A stretch of 340 nt of DNA from sequence record AH003495.2; one strand, 5' to 3'. The DNA comes from a phage. Under the pieces are notes generated by a model. That model worked only from the letters and a program-made list of their open reading frames with translations, did not search any database and was not told the DNA's origin. Positions 1 to 340 of this stretch are shown in pieces. How positions within the stretch are numbered: position 1 is the first letter of the stretch; each line of letters opens with the position of its first letter. The position numbers and the translations under genes are program-made.

Positions 1-111
1 GGGGATACGTGCCCCTCCACCGCCACCCGCACCCCCTACCAAAATTATTTCCGTCTGTCAATACCCCCTGCATCCAATAGGCCCGAACTATCACAAACGG
101 AAAAGCGATAG
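1..111. repeat. Left arm of a perfect 111-bp inverted repeat (partner at 230-340)
   Basis: I reverse-complemented 230-340 by hand in 10-nt blocks and it equals 1-111 with 0 mismatches. Identity stops at position 112: left 112-120 is cccaaaaca, whereas the reverse complement of right 221-229 is gaataaaat (3 of 9 matches). The arm runs to the window edge, so its true outer extent is unknown. Confidence 0.95.
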
Positions 112-120
112 CCCAAAACA

Positions 121-220
121 NNNNNNNNNNNNNNNNNNNNNNNNNNNNNNNNNNNNNNNNNNNNNNNNNNNNNNNNNNNNNNNNNNNNNNNNNNNNNNNN
201 NNNNNNNNNNNNNNNNNNNN
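121..220. other. Run of 100 undetermined bases (N); assembly or scaffold gap of unknown true length and content
   Basis: Positions 121-220 are all n. A length of exactly 100 is the conventional placeholder for a gap of unknown size, so the real distance between the flanks cannot be inferred. Confidence 0.95.
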
Positions 221-229
221 ATTTTATTC

Positions 230-340
230 CTATCGCTTTTCCGTTTGTGATAGTTCGGGCCTATTGGATGCAGGGGGTATTGACAGACGGAAATAATTTT
301 GGTAGGGGGTGCGGGTGGCGGTGGAGGGGCACGTATCCCC
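230..340. repeat. Right arm of a perfect 111-bp inverted repeat (partner at 1-111)
   Basis: Exact reverse complement of 1-111. The inner boundary is at 229/230 (attttattc | ctatcgc...). The arm runs to the window edge at 340, so the repeat may continue beyond the window. Confidence 0.95.

Noticed and set aside
51-61. Resemblance of ccgtctgtcaa to the Neisseria DNA uptake sequence core (GCCGTCTGAA)
   Set aside because: Only the 7-mer CCGTCTG is shared. The 3-prime end differs (TCAA rather than AA), and I recognise no matching DUS dialect. A single partial match is weak evidence.
1-111. Calling a partial CDS on either arm
   Set aside because: About 110 nt is too short. Several frames on both strands are open at once, no start codon with a credible ribosome-binding site is present, and the peptides are low-complexity. 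No product can be supported without a homology search.
88-111. Small hairpin ctatc (88-92) and gatag (107-111) as a rho-independent terminator (mirror at 230-253)
   Set aside because: The stem is only 5 bp, the loop is 14 nt, and it is not GC-rich. No downstream T-tract follows in either orientation.
280-285. Perfect sigma70-like -35 hexamer TTGACA (mirrored on the - strand at 61-56)
   Set aside because: No acceptable -10 hexamer lies 16-18 bp downstream; the sequence there is GTAGGG or TAGGGG. An isolated 6-mer match is expected by chance.
1-340. CRISPR array
   Set aside because: CRISPR arrays are direct repeats with unique spacers. Here there is a single pair of inverted repeats of 111 bp, far longer than CRISPR repeats.
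1-340. Insertion sequence or transposon terminal inverted repeats
   Set aside because: Typical terminal inverted repeats are about 10-40 bp and often imperfect. These arms are at least 111 bp and perfect, no transposase sequence is visible, and target-site duplications cannot be assessed because the arms reach the window edges. This remains possible only if the unsequenced gap holds a transposase.
1-340. tRNA, rRNA or other structured RNA gene
   Set aside because: I recognise no conserved tRNA or rRNA sequence blocks, and the resolved sequence is too short and too symmetric to support a covariance-type call by eye.

Overview
The window is 120 resolved nt, then 100 N (121-220), then 120 resolved nt. 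The two flanks form a perfect inverted repeat over 111 bp (1-111 is the exact reverse complement of 230-340). Each arm is followed on its inner side by 9 bp of non-matching sequence next to the gap (112-120 and 221-229). With only 240 resolved bases, which are effectively 120 unique bases seen twice, I cannot support any protein-coding gene, RNA gene, CRISPR array or mobile element, and I do not claim a novel biological system. The one robust observation is the palindromic architecture around an unresolved gap. It is either an assembly or scaffolding artefact, or a real long inverted repeat bounding unsequenced content; the sequence alone cannot distinguish these. Secondary observations are a strongly C-rich (mirror G-rich) outer tract and several open reading frames too short to interpret.
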